Origin: Chlamydiota bacterium
Lineage (GTDB): Bacteria; Auribacterota; JACPWU01
DNA length: 32,000 nt
NCBI GenBank assembly: GCA_016196885.1
Contig: JACPWU010000056.1
Location: 1 to 32,000, forward strand
Direction of reading: 5' to 3'
The stretch's first letter is position 1. Each line of letters starts with the position of its first letter. The translations under genes and the position numbers were made by a program. Positions 13,908 through 24,657 of the stretch are shown here, piece after piece. Under the pieces are notes generated by a model, which saw only the letters and a program-made list of their open reading frames with translations, did not search any database and was not told where the DNA came from.

Positions 13908-14941
13908 ATACGATTATTATTTGCCTAAAAATCTCATTGCTCAAACACCGAGTTCTGAGCGTAGCGCTTCCCGGTTGTTGATTTATTCAAAGGACGAGAG
14001 AAAGATAGAACATAGGGCTTTTTATGAAATTGAGGAGATATTTCAGAAGGGTGATTGTGTGGTTGTTAACGATTCTAAAGTCATTTCTGCTAGACTTTGG
14101 GGGCAAAAAACAAAAACAGGGAAAGCGGTAGAATTTCTTTGGCTCGAGGAGATAAAATCAGGGATCTGGTGCGGTCTTTTAAGGGGTAAAAATAAATTAG
14201 GAGGTGAATTTGATTTTGGCGCAAGGCAGATAAAAGGAAGGCTCCTTTCAAAAAACGAGGATGGAACAACGACGTTGGAAGTGACGCCTCCTGTTTCAGC
14301 CCTTTCATTTTTATCTGAGCATGGTGTGATGCCTCTGCCCCCTTATATTGCACGAGAGAAAGATAAAAAAAATTTAAAAGATCAGGATAGATATCAAACG
14401 GTTTATGCGAAATTTTTAGGATCCGTGGCTGCGCCCACCGCCGGGTTGCATTTTGATGCGCCTCTTATTGAGAAATTAAAGGGAAAGGGAGTTGAATTCA
14501 TTTCTGTGACTTTGCATGTGGGGTTGGGGACTTTTCAGCCGTTAAAGGCAGATTGCTTGGAAAAAGGAGAACTCCACTCGGAAAATTTTGAGATTCTTGA
14601 GGAAAACGCGAGAAAAATTAATCAAGCGCTTCAAGAAAAACGCAGACTCATTGTCATAGGCACAACAACAGCTCGAGTGCTTGAGTCTGCTGCGACTGAA
14701 GATGGGAGTGCCCTTAGAGCAGGAAAAGGCGTGACAAAACTTTTTATTCGTCCGCCCTATCGGTTTAAAATGATCAAAAACCTTTTGACTAATTTTCATC
14801 TGCCGAAATCTTCTTTGTTCATGCTAGTCGCGGCTTTGATTGGAAGGGAAAAGGTTCTGGAAATTTATCAGAAGGCAATCGAAGAAAAGTATCGGTTTTA
14901 TAGTTATGGAGACGCGATGTTGATTTTAAATAACAAGTTTT

Positions 14942-14943
<2 letters not shown>
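13900..14943 (+). CDS. queA: S-adenosylmethionine:tRNA ribosyltransferase-isomerase
   Basis: YDYYLPKNLIAQTPSSERSASRLL N-terminus and LHVGLGTFQP; 347 aa; overlaps the spoIID-like stop by 8 nt. Confidence 0.9.
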
Positions 14944-16131
<1,188 letters not shown>

Positions 16132-16132
16132 C

Positions 16133-16477
16133 ATGTTCTCATTTTATTCTGCTTTAGCTATGGCTGCCCCCCAAGGAGGGTCTGCAGGTCAGGGAAGTCC
16201 TTTTGGGGCCATGATACCCTTTTTATTTATTATTCCTGTTTTTTACCTGCTTTTGATTCGTCCCCAGCAAAAAAAACAGAAAGAATTTAAGAAAATGCTG
16301 ACCCAAATCAAAAAGGACGATAAAGTCGTAACGGCAGGCGGCATTCATGGTCTTGTTGTTGGAGTGAGAGAACACACCCTCACCTTAAAAATTGCAGATA
16401 ATGTGAGAGTTGAATTGGATCGGTCTTCGATTGGACGTATGCTCAAAAATGAAGAAGAAGTGGGAGAAACTCAATGA
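16133..16477 (+). CDS. yajC: Preprotein translocase subunit YajC
   Basis: Single TM segment plus LLIRPQQKKQKE..KKDDKVVTAGGIHG motif; 114 aa. Confidence 0.85.
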   Translation: MFSFYSALAMAAPQGGSAGQGSPFGAMIPFLFIIPVFYLLLIRPQQKKQKEFKKMLTQIKKDDKVVTAGGIHGLVVGVREHTLTLKIADNVRVELDRSSIGRMLKNEEEVGETQ

Positions 16478-18927
16478 GCAGTTTGAAATGGCGTATTGCG
16501 ATGGTGGTAGCGATTGTGGGACTTTTTGTCTGGAAGCTCTATCCTGTAGATAAGGCGATTACCCTGGGATTGGATCTCAAAGGCGGCATGCATGTCGTTT
16601 TAGAAGTGGACATTAACAAGGCTGTTGAATTTGAGGCGGATCGAATTTCAGATGATGTTAAAAGTCTTTTAGAGGGTAAAGATATTGCATTAGACAACAT
16701 CGAACTTCAGGGAAATGATGCGATTAAAGTTTCTTTCAAAAATTCTGATGTCCGATATCAAGCGACGCAGCTCATTTTGAAAAGCACCCCAGAGGTAGAG
16801 GTTAAATCCGAAGAGGATGCCGTGCTTCTGCTTGGGCTTAAGGAAAAATTTGTCGCTGAAACAAAAAGGAAAGCGCATTCTCAGGCGGTGCAGGTCATTC
16901 GCAATCGAGTAGATAAGTTTGGAGTCTCGGAACCTTCCATTCAGCCTCAAGGTGAGGACCGCATCATTGTTCAGCTCCCTGGCGTCAAGGATTTGGCCAG
17001 AGCTGAGAATCTACTTCGCAAAACCGCGGTTCTTGAATTTAGACTCGTCAGCGATGATCAGGAAAAGTTAAGAGATGCCATCAAAGGCAATCCTCCTCCC
17101 GGTTATGAAGTTCTTTATCAGATTCATTACACAGGAGGTTCCGAGTCCAGAATTCCTATGTTGGTGAAGAAGAAACCAGAATTGACCGGGGCTCATCTGG
17201 TGGATGCAAAAGTTACTTTTGATCAGATGACGCAGTCTCAAGTTTCTTTTACCCTGGATAGAACCGGAGCGAAGGTTTTTGCCAAGGTCACAGAGGAATA
17301 TCAAGGACGGCGCCTGGCCATTGTACTGGATCACGAAGTTCAATCTTCGCCTGTGATTAAATCTATTATTCCCAATGGGCAAGGAGTCATCGAAGGTCAA
17401 TTTACTCCTGAAGAAGCCAAGGATTTAGCGGTGGTGCTGACTTCAGGTGCCTTACCCGCTCCTGTTAAAATTATCATGGATGCCCGGGTGGGCCCCTCGC
17501 TGGGGTCGGACTCCATTAGACAAGGTTTTACCGCCAACATTGTGGGGCTTGGTTTGGTTTTAATTTTTATGGTGGGCTACTATTTCTTCGCAGGTTTGGT
17601 GGCCGTGATTGCCCTGGTTTTGAATTTGGTTATGATCATGGGGGGGTTGGCCCTTTTTAAGGCGACGCTCAGTCTTCCAGGTATTGCAGGTATTATTCTC
17701 ACCATTGGTATGGCCGTGGATGCCAACGTTCTTATTTTTGAAAGGATTCGTGAGGAGAAGGAGGCAGGTAAAAAAATCAGGGCCGCCATTGATGCGGGAT
17801 ATCATAAGGCCTTCTCAGCCATTTTTGATTCAAATTTAACCACCATTATCACGGCGGTCATTCTCTACTATCTTGGAACAGGTCCTGTAAAGGGTTTTGC
17901 TGTTACCTTGACCATCGGTTTGGTCATCAGCATGTTCACGGCCATCATTGTGACCCGTGTATTTTTTGATTTGATGAGTCTTCGCAAAAATTTTTCCGAT
18001 CTAAAGATGCTTAAATTTTTCAGTCGTCCGAATTTTGATTTTGTGAAATGGAGATATGTGGCTTATGTCTTTTCTCTGGTCATCATCCTTGGCGGAATAG
18101 GGGTGATGGGGATGCGCGGGTCGAAGATGTTGGGCATTGATTTTACAGGCGGAGATGTGGTGCAGCTAAAATTAAGCCAGCCTGTCTCTTTGGAAGCCAT
18201 TCGAGAGAAACTTTCTAAGATTCATTTGGGGGATGCGACCCTTCAGCATTTTGGCCATGAAGATGAAGTTTTGATTCGCGTAAAGTACGGGGAAGGAAAA
18301 CAAATTCAAGAATTTCTTTCGAAAGAACTTCAGGGAGTCAACGTAGAGGAACGGCGTCGGGAGGAAATTGGTCCTGCGATTGGAAAAGATTTGAAGCGTC
18401 AGGCGATGTGGGCCCTGCTTCTTTCTCTGGTGGGTATTTTAATTTATGTCTCATGGCGCTTTGAATTTGAATACGCCTTGGGTGCGATCATTGCGTTGAT
18501 TCATGACGCCCTGATCCCGTTGAGTTTTATTGCCTTTATGGGGAGAGAACTTTCTGTGACGGTGGTGGCAGCTATTTTAACCATCATCGGTTATTCTGTA
18601 AATGATACGATTGTCATCTGTGACCGGATTCGTGAGAATAGAAAAATTCTCAAAAAAATATCCTTTCCAGATCTTCTCAATCTTAGCTTGAATCAGACCC
18701 TTTCAAGAACGTACTTAACCTCACTCACTGTTCTTTTGGTGATCTTGGCCCTCTTTTTCTTTGGGGGACAAGTCATCAACGACTTCGCTTTTTGCATGCT
18801 CATCGGTGTTATTTCTGGGTCCTATTCGACGATTTTTATCGCTGTTCCCATCATTCTTGAATGGCAGCGCAAAATTCGCAAAATAGATTCTGCCCATCTG
18901 ACCTCTGCAAAGGCAAAGGCTAAATAG
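16474..18927 (+). CDS. secDF: Fused protein-export membrane protein SecDF
   Basis: 817 aa. The SecD periplasmic domain and six TM helices are followed by SecF (GIDFTGG) and six more TM helices. ATGA overlap with yajC. Confidence 0.9.
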   Translation: MSSLKWRIAMVVAIVGLFVWKLYPVDKAITLGLDLKGGMHVVLEVDINKAVEFEADRISDDVKSLLEGKDIALDNIELQGNDAIKVSFKNSDVRYQATQLILKSTPEVEVKSEEDAVLLLGLKEKFVAETKRKAHSQAVQVIRNRVDKFGVSEPSIQPQGEDRIIVQLPGVKDLARAENLLRKTAVLEFRLVSDDQEKLRDAIKGNPPPGYEVLYQIHYTGGSESRIPMLVKKKPELTGAHLVDAKVTFDQMTQSQVSFTLDRTGAKVFAKVTEEYQGRRLAIVLDHEVQSSPVIKSIIPNGQGVIEGQFTPEEAKDLAVVLTSGALPAPVKIIMDARVGPSLGSDSIRQGFTANIVGLGLVLIFMVGYYFFAGLVAVIALVLNLVMIMGGLALFKATLSLPGIAGIILTIGMAVDANVLIFERIREEKEAGKKIRAAIDAGYHKAFSAIFDSNLTTIITAVILYYLGTGPVKGFAVTLTIGLVISMFTAIIVTRVFFDLMSLRKNFSDLKMLKFFSRPNFDFVKWRYVAYVFSLVIILGGIGVMGMRGSKMLGIDFTGGDVVQLKLSQPVSLEAIREKLSKIHLGDATLQHFGHEDEVLIRVKYGEGKQIQEFLSKELQGVNVEERRREEIGPAIGKDLKRQAMWALLLSLVGILIYVSWRFEFEYALGAIIALIHDALIPLSFIAFMGRELSVTVVAAILTIIGYSVNDTIVICDRIRENRKILKKISFPDLLNLSLNQTLSRTYLTSLTVLLVILALFFFGGQVINDFAFCMLIGVISGSYSTIFIAVPIILEWQRKIRKIDSAHLTSAKAKAK

Positions 18928-18939
18928 CTTTAAAAGCTA

Positions 18940-18968
18940 TATATCTTATTCTTAGAGAATAAGATATA
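18940..18968 (+). terminator. Perfect 13-bp AT-rich hairpin after secDF (terminator-like, no immediate T-run)
   Basis: TATATCTTATTCT (18940-18952), loop TAG, then AGAATAAGATATA (18956-18968). Confidence 0.4.
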
Positions 18969-18976
18969 ATTCCCTC

Positions 18977-19005
18977 TTGATTTTTCCTTTCTAAAATGAT
19001 AGATT
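18977..19005 (+). promoter_or_regulatory. Candidate promoter for ribBA
   Basis: TTGATT (18977-18982), 17-nt spacer, TAGATT (19000-19005). GGAG RBS at 19020-19023 precedes ATG 19031. Confidence 0.3.
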
Positions 19006-19030
19006 CCCTTTCTTGATTTGGAGAAAAAGA

Positions 19031-20254
19031 ATGGAATTTGACCCCATCGAAAAAGCCATTGCCGACATCCGCCAGGGAAAACTCATTATCATGACGGATG
19101 ATGAAGATCGCGAAAATGAGGGCGATTTGATTTTTGCGGCCCAACACGCCACACCGCAAGCCATTAATTTTATGGCGAAACACGGCCGGGGGTTGATTTG
19201 CGTTCCCATGATGGGCAAGCATCTCGATTCTTTGGGGCTAAGGCCCATGGTGGATGAATCGCGGGACGCATTTGAAACAGATTTTTCCATTTCAGTAGAT
19301 GCACGGTTGGGGGTCACCACCGGGATTTCTGCGGTGGATCGGGCGAGAACCATACAGGTTCTCACAGATCTACAATCGGTTCAAAGCGATCTTGTTTCTC
19401 CCGGTCATATTTTTCCTCTAAGGGCAAAAGAAGGGGGCGTCCTGACACGAGCGGGACATACAGAGGCCGCTGTGGATTTGGCAAGACTTGCGGGTCTGAC
19501 CGCTGCGGGCGTCATTTGTGAAATCATGAATGACGATGGGAGCATGGCCCGCTGTGAAGATTTGGTGGAATTTAAAAAGAGGCACGGTCTTTCGCTTTGC
19601 AATATTGCTCAATTGATTGAGTACCGCCGAAGAAATGAAAAACTGGTCGAGCAGGTGGTGAAAACACATCTTCCCACGGAATATGGAGATTTTGATGTTT
19701 TTGTTTACCGCTCATTGATTGATGAGAAAAATCATTTGGCTATTCTCTGTGGAGAAATCGAAAGCCATGTGCCGACGCTGGTCCGCGTTCATTCTGAATG
19801 TATCACGGGAGATGTTTTTAGTTCCTCTCGATGCGATTGCGGGGAGCAGCTTCATCGGTCCTTAAGCGCAATTGCGAAAGAGGGACGGGGGATTTTGGTT
19901 TACATGAGGCAGGAGGGGCGCGGGATTGGGCTTTTGAATAAATTGAAGGCCTACAAGCTTCAGGATAACGGGTTGGATACGGTGGAGGCCAATAAAAGTT
20001 TGGGCCTGCCGGCCGATTTAAGGGAATACGGCACAGGCGCTCAGATTCTTTTTGATTTAGGGGTGAGAAAAATCCGGCTCCTTACGAACAATCCTAAAAA
20101 AGTAGTGGGTTTAGATGGGTTTGGTTTAGAGATTGTGGAGCGCGTGCCGATTCCTCCTACTCTTAACGAGCATAATCGAAATTATTTAAAGGCCAAGCAG
20201 GACAAGTTGGGGCATTTGTTTAATTTGACAGATTTGCCAGTGGCAGAGAATTAA
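19031..20254 (+). CDS. ribBA: Bifunctional 3,4-dihydroxy-2-butanone-4-phosphate synthase / GTP cyclohydrolase II
   Basis: DDEDRENEGDLI (DHBP synthase) and RVHSECITGDVFSSSRCDCGEQL (GCH II zinc motif). Start moved to ATG 19031 (MEFDPIEKAI). Confidence 0.9.
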   Translation: MEFDPIEKAIADIRQGKLIIMTDDEDRENEGDLIFAAQHATPQAINFMAKHGRGLICVPMMGKHLDSLGLRPMVDESRDAFETDFSISVDARLGVTTGISAVDRARTIQVLTDLQSVQSDLVSPGHIFPLRAKEGGVLTRAGHTEAAVDLARLAGLTAAGVICEIMNDDGSMARCEDLVEFKKRHGLSLCNIAQLIEYRRRNEKLVEQVVKTHLPTEYGDFDVFVYRSLIDEKNHLAILCGEIESHVPTLVRVHSECITGDVFSSSRCDCGEQLHRSLSAIAKEGRGILVYMRQEGRGIGLLNKLKAYKLQDNGLDTVEANKSLGLPADLREYGTGAQILFDLGVRKIRLLTNNPKKVVGLDGFGLEIVERVPIPPTLNEHNRNYLKAKQDKLGHLFNLTDLPVAEN

Positions 20255-20315
20255 CCCGCTGTCATTGCGGGTGTAGCGAAGCAATCATGAATGTTTCTGG
20301 ACAGGAGAGGTTCGT

Positions 20316-20816
20316 ATGAGCATCAAACAAATTAAAGCCAGTTTCATTTCAAAAGGAAAAAATTACGCCATTATTGTGAGCCGCTTCAATGAATTTATTA
20401 CGTCTAAATTGTTGGACGGGGCTTTGGATGCTCTGCTTCGGCATGGGGTCAAGGAAAACGAAGTTGAGGTGTTTTGGACACCGGGCTCTTTTGAGACTCC
20501 TCAGTTGGCAGATCAATTGGCCCGCAGTAAAAAATATGACGCCATCGTTTGTTTGGGAGCTATCATTAAGGGCGCCACCCCCCACTTTCAGCTTGTTTCA
20601 GAGGCGGCTTCCAGAAATATTTCTGAAGTGGCCCTAGCGACTGGAGTCCCTTTGATTTTTGGAATCATCACATGCGAAAATATTGAACAGGCGATTGAAA
20701 GATCAGGCACCAAACTAGGCAACAAGGGCTGGGACGCGGCTCTGGCTGCGATTGAGATGGCCAATCTGTATGAAGAGTGCACAGAAGTACAGGAAAAAAT
20801 TGAACGATTGGCCTAA
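20316..20816 (+). CDS. ribH: 6,7-dimethyl-8-ribityllumazine synthase
   Basis: IVSRFNEFITSKLLDGA, VPGSFE-type (TPGSFETP) and GAIIKGATPHF motifs. Confidence 0.9.
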   Translation: MSIKQIKASFISKGKNYAIIVSRFNEFITSKLLDGALDALLRHGVKENEVEVFWTPGSFETPQLADQLARSKKYDAIVCLGAIIKGATPHFQLVSEAASRNISEVALATGVPLIFGIITCENIEQAIERSGTKLGNKGWDAALAAIEMANLYEECTEVQEKIERLA

Positions 20817-20898
20817 AAAGTTGCATAAATCCCTTCCTTATTTCCCTAAAAACTAAGAACTAAGAACTATTCACTGCTTTTAAAGAAAGATCTTTGAA

Positions 20899-21324
20899 AT
20901 GGGCTACCGTCGGAAGTCTCGGGAATTTGCGCTTCAAATTCTCTATCAATTGGAAATCAATCCAGAAAATCCTAAAGAGGCGCTTCAAAATTTTTGGGAA
21001 GAGGCACCTGCTCGTGAGAACGTCAAAGAGTTCACGCATCAGCTCGTTTTAGGAACACTTGCTAAAAAGGAGAAAATAGATCAAACCATTCAGACCTCTG
21101 TTAAAAATTGGGAGATAAATCGCCTTGCCGTGGTGGATCGCAATGTGATTCGCATGGCGGTTTTCGAAATGCTTTTCCTGAGCGCAACGCAAGACGAAAT
21201 CCCTGCGATTGTCACGATCAATGAAGCGGTAGACATCTCCAAAAAATATGGCACCCCTGACTCTGGTAAATTTGTCAACGGGGTTCTCGATCAAATCCGA
21301 AAAGAATTTTTGAAATCGAAATGA
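20899..21324 (+). CDS. nusB: Transcription antitermination factor NusB
   Basis: RKSREFALQILYQLE N-terminus, VDRNVIRMAVFEM and INEAVDISKKYG. Confidence 0.85.
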   Translation: MGYRRKSREFALQILYQLEINPENPKEALQNFWEEAPARENVKEFTHQLVLGTLAKKEKIDQTIQTSVKNWEINRLAVVDRNVIRMAVFEMLFLSATQDEIPAIVTINEAVDISKKYGTPDSGKFVNGVLDQIRKEFLKSK

Positions 21325-22157
21325 CCCCCATGAATTCTAAAAAATGGATAGACCTTCATCTTCACACCCTCGCCTCTGACGGTACTTTTACCGCTCAGGA
21401 AGTGCTGGAAAAAGCCCGCGAAGCTCATTTCAGTGCGGTTGCCATTACCGATCATGATTCTGTGAGGGCCTTGGAGGAGGCCCGCTTCCATGGGGAAAAA
21501 TTCGGAATTGAAGTCATTTCTGGTATTGAGCTCAGCGCTTATCATGCAGAGCAGGAAGTTCATATCTTGGGATATTTTTTTGATGATAAAAATGTTTTAT
21601 TGCTTGAGAAACTTAAAGAATTTCAATCAGCTCGGGAAAAAAGAATTCATGCGATTGTTAAGAAGCTTCAGGAAATCAAAATTAATATTTCATTGGATGA
21701 TGTTTTTAAATTGGTAGGGGATGGGGCTGCGGGGAGGCTTCATGTGGCCAGAGTCCTTTATGAGAAGGGAATTGTAACGCATCCCTCGGAGGCTTTTAAA
21801 AGATTTCTTTCCTATGGGAAACCGGCCTATGTACCCAAGGAGAAAATTTCAACCTGGGAGGCCATTGACATGATTCGAAAGGCAGGTGGAATTGCCTCTT
21901 TGGCTCATCCCGTTTTTCTCCCTCAAGAGAAGCTGATTGCATCTTTTGTTCAAGAAGGGCTGCAAGCCATAGAAGTTTATCATCCAGAACATTCTTCGGG
22001 TGTCACGGATCATTATCGAAAAATGGCCATCGAACATGGGCTTTTGATGACGGGTGGATCTGACTGTCATGGTCTTGCGAAAGGGAAAATGCTTATCGGA
22101 TCCGTGCGAACGCCCTATGAATTGCTTGAACCTTTGAAAAAGAGAGCGTTAAATTGA
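21321..22157 (+). CDS. PHP-domain phosphoesterase (TrpH/YciV-like)
   Basis: IDLHLHTLASDG, AITDHDS, LAHP and GGSDCHG metal-binding motifs. Confidence 0.8.
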   Translation: MTPMNSKKWIDLHLHTLASDGTFTAQEVLEKAREAHFSAVAITDHDSVRALEEARFHGEKFGIEVISGIELSAYHAEQEVHILGYFFDDKNVLLLEKLKEFQSAREKRIHAIVKKLQEIKINISLDDVFKLVGDGAAGRLHVARVLYEKGIVTHPSEAFKRFLSYGKPAYVPKEKISTWEAIDMIRKAGGIASLAHPVFLPQEKLIASFVQEGLQAIEVYHPEHSSGVTDHYRKMAIEHGLLMTGGSDCHGLAKGKMLIGSVRTPYELLEPLKKRALN

Positions 22158-23257
22158 TGTCTCGTCTTGATGATATCTCATTTATGAAACGAGCTCTTCG
22201 GGAAGCTCGAAAGGGGATTGGGAGCGTCAGCCCCAATCCTCCGGTGGGAGCTATCATTGTCAAAAATCATAAAATCCTTTCCGTCGCTCATCACGCCTCT
22301 TTTGGAGGACCTCACGCGGAGGTGAGGGCTTTAAAAAAAATCAGAAGTTTGGCAAAGGGGGCGACCCTTTATGTGACGTTGGAGCCCTGTTCGACTCATG
22401 GGAAAACGCCTCCATGCACACAAGCTATTTTGAAATCGGGGATTCAAAGGATCGTGATAGGAACTTCAGATCCTAATCCGATTCATCGAAATCGAGGAAT
22501 TAAAATTTTAAAAAGGCGTGGTGTGCACGTGGAAGTAGGCCTTCTTGAAGAAGAGGCGCAAGACTTGATTCGAGGCTTTAGAAAGTGGATCGCGAAAAAA
22601 CTTCCTTTTTGCACGGTCAAGGCGGCCATGTCACTCGATGGGAAAATCGCAACCTCGCAGGGTGACTCCCAATGGATTACAGGTTTTGAGGCAAGAAGAT
22701 TTGGGTATCGCTTGCGAGGAGAGAGCGATGCTGTCATGGTGGGCATTCGCACAATCATGAAAGACAATCCTTCCTTATCTTCTCATCATTTTAAAATAAG
22801 AGATCCTCTGAGGGTGATCGTGGACAGCCACGCTAAGATTTCTCTAGACTCCAAAGTCGTTCGTCTCTCTCCGGAAAAAACAATCTTGGCCGTCACGCCG
22901 AAGGCAAGCCCCACCAAGGTGAAACAACTCCGATCAAGAGGGGTTCGCATCATCCAAACGCCTTCTGATCTAGGGAGAGTCCATCTCAAATTTCTTTTTC
23001 AGAAACTTGCTAAAATAGGAATCTCATCTATTTTGGTCGAAGGGGGGGGAACTCTCTCAAGTTCTGTTTTTGAAAAGAAGCTCGCAGATGAAATTTTCTT
23101 TTTTTATGCACCTTTGTTAATGGGTGGAGAAAAGGCCCCCACATCTTTTGATGGAAGAGGATTTTTAAAGATTCGTCAGGCTTTAAAAATTGTTCATGTC
23201 TCTCATCAAAAGATAGGAAGGGATTTGTTGATTCAGGGCGATGTGGAATATCAATAA
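22157..23257 (+). CDS. ribD: Bifunctional riboflavin biosynthesis deaminase/reductase RibD
   Basis: HAEVRAL and TLEPCSTHGKTPPC deaminase zinc motifs plus the reductase half. ATG 22157 sits one codon after the TTG at 22154. Confidence 0.9.
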   Translation: MSRLDDISFMKRALREARKGIGSVSPNPPVGAIIVKNHKILSVAHHASFGGPHAEVRALKKIRSLAKGATLYVTLEPCSTHGKTPPCTQAILKSGIQRIVIGTSDPNPIHRNRGIKILKRRGVHVEVGLLEEEAQDLIRGFRKWIAKKLPFCTVKAAMSLDGKIATSQGDSQWITGFEARRFGYRLRGESDAVMVGIRTIMKDNPSLSSHHFKIRDPLRVIVDSHAKISLDSKVVRLSPEKTILAVTPKASPTKVKQLRSRGVRIIQTPSDLGRVHLKFLFQKLAKIGISSILVEGGGTLSSSVFEKKLADEIFFFYAPLLMGGEKAPTSFDGRGFLKIRQALKIVHVSHQKIGRDLLIQGDVEYQ

Positions 23258-23264
23258 GGATTCG

Positions 23265-23397
23265 GGCATATGCACTTGACTTAAAGATGTCGTCCATTTG
23301 TAGTCGCCCCATTCATGGGGCAATGTATAGATTGCCCGATAAATTGGGCGACTACGCTTGACGGATCAAACTTAACTTTGAGTCAAGCGCATATGCC
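23265..23397. repeat. ~130-nt nested inverted-repeat element between ribD and ribE
   Basis: Outer arms are GGCATATGCACTTGACT (23265-23281) and AGTCAAGCGCATATGCC (23381-23397), 16 of 17 complementary. Inner arms are TGTAGTCGCCCC (23299-23310) and GGGCGACTAC (23346-23355). Two 5-bp GC hairpins have loops ATTCAT and ATAAAT. Confidence 0.8.
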
Positions 23398-23410
23398 TTT
23401 AAGGACTTTT

Positions 23411-24076
23411 ATGTTTACGGGTATTGTTGAAGCGGTTGCGCGTTTAAAAAAACTTGAGCGTTTTCAAAATCAATGGCGACTGGAAATTAAAGTTCCTGAT
23501 TTGCTCAACGACATTCGAGTTTCCGAAAGTCTTTGTGTCAATGGGGCCTGCCTCACGGTTTCTAAACTAGATTTTCCTTTTGTGAAATTTGATTTGCTTC
23601 AAGAAACTTATGAAAAAACAAATTTTAAAACATTAAAAGAAAATGCCCTTTTAAATATCGAACGGGCGTTAAAGATGGGAAACCGTCTGGGGGGTCATTT
23701 TGTAACAGGCCATGTGGATGGGGTGGGACACATAAAGTCTATAGAAATTAAAGGAGAAGAAAAAATATTTTCCGTTCATTTCCCTCTAGAATTGAAAGTA
23801 TTTCTGACCCCCAAGGGATCTGTTTCTCTTGAAGGGGTGAGTCTGACTTTGGGAGAGATTCGATCAGAGGTTTTTCAAATTTTTCTGATTCCGCACACAC
23901 TTAAACATACTAACTTGGATAGTAAAAATGTTGGGGATGGGGTTAATCTTGAGGTAGATATTCTTGCCAGGTATGCGCTTGAAAAAAATAAAACCCCTTC
24001 GCGTATTACAAAAAAATTTTTAAGGGAGCATGGTTTCATTGAATCCAAAAATCCGCCAGGGCAGGATTTTGGATAG
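23411..24076 (+). CDS. ribE: Riboflavin synthase
   Basis: MFTGIVEAV start and internal duplication (GHFVTGHVDG). The ORF-track start 23315 lies in the repeat and is rejected. Confidence 0.9.
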   Translation: MFTGIVEAVARLKKLERFQNQWRLEIKVPDLLNDIRVSESLCVNGACLTVSKLDFPFVKFDLLQETYEKTNFKTLKENALLNIERALKMGNRLGGHFVTGHVDGVGHIKSIEIKGEEKIFSVHFPLELKVFLTPKGSVSLEGVSLTLGEIRSEVFQIFLIPHTLKHTNLDSKNVGDGVNLEVDILARYALEKNKTPSRITKKFLREHGFIESKNPPGQDFG

Positions 24077-24138
24077 ACAATTTGAGAGAGCAGCTGATAT
24101 GATCTTAGAACCTTTTGAAGGAGTTGAGGATAAAGATT

Positions 24139-24573
24139 ATGAATATCAAAGAAATTCAAGAAATGATTAAATTGATGCAGGAAAACGATATTGTTGAATT
24201 TCAACTTGAGCGCAATGGCTTTAAAATTGCTCTTAAGCGAGGGAAGGCTCAAGTTGAAGCGACGAGTTCCTCGGCGATCATTCCTTCTCATGTTTCTCCC
24301 GCTGTCGAAAAAGAAGAGAAGATTGAAGAAAAAAGATTTCTAGAAATTACTTCTCCCATGGTTGGGACTTTTTATTCAGCCGGTTCCCCAGAGTCCGCCC
24401 CTTATGTTCAACCCCATCAGCAGATTCAAAAGGGAGATGTGGTGTGCATCATTGAAGCCATGAAAGTGATGAATGAAATCAAGGCGGAAATCTCCGGGAC
24501 GATCGCAGAAATTTTAGTTGAGAATGGCCAGCCTGTAGAATTTGGACAAGCTTTGTTTAAGATAAAACCTTGA
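24139..24573 (+). CDS. accB: Acetyl-CoA carboxylase biotin carboxyl carrier protein
   Basis: EAMKVMNEI biotinyl-lysine motif. GAGGA RBS precedes ATG 24139. Confidence 0.9.
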   Translation: MNIKEIQEMIKLMQENDIVEFQLERNGFKIALKRGKAQVEATSSSAIIPSHVSPAVEKEEKIEEKRFLEITSPMVGTFYSAGSPESAPYVQPHQQIQKGDVVCIIEAMKVMNEIKAEISGTIAEILVENGQPVEFGQALFKIKP

Positions 24574-24648
24574 GACAGAAAACAGAAAATAAATAAATTC
24601 CTTAATTTCTCTGACTTCTGACTTCTGACTTCTGTCTTCTGTTTTCTT
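24573..24648. repeat. Heptamer repeat element after accB (CTGACTT/CTTCTG units)
   Basis: AGAAAACAGAA pairs with TTCTGTTTTCT. The right side carries ACTTCTG x3 plus TCTTCTG, and the units match those of the ruvC-flanking elements. Confidence 0.7.
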
Positions 24649-24657
24649 AGGTATGCT

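Noticed and set aside
18928-19030. FMN riboswitch upstream of ribBA, and TPP riboswitch upstream of thiE
   Set aside because: I could not recognise a conserved FMN-element core in the ribBA leader. thiE overlaps the preceding gene, leaving no leader. Absence is by eye only and needs a covariance-model scan.
20255-20315. Small hairpin CCCGC-TGTCATT-GCGGG / GTCATTGCGGG..GCGAAGCAATC between ribBA and ribH as a distinct repeat family or terminator
   Set aside because: It is short and imperfect, has a single occurrence in the window and no T-run. The evidence is insufficient to call a feature.
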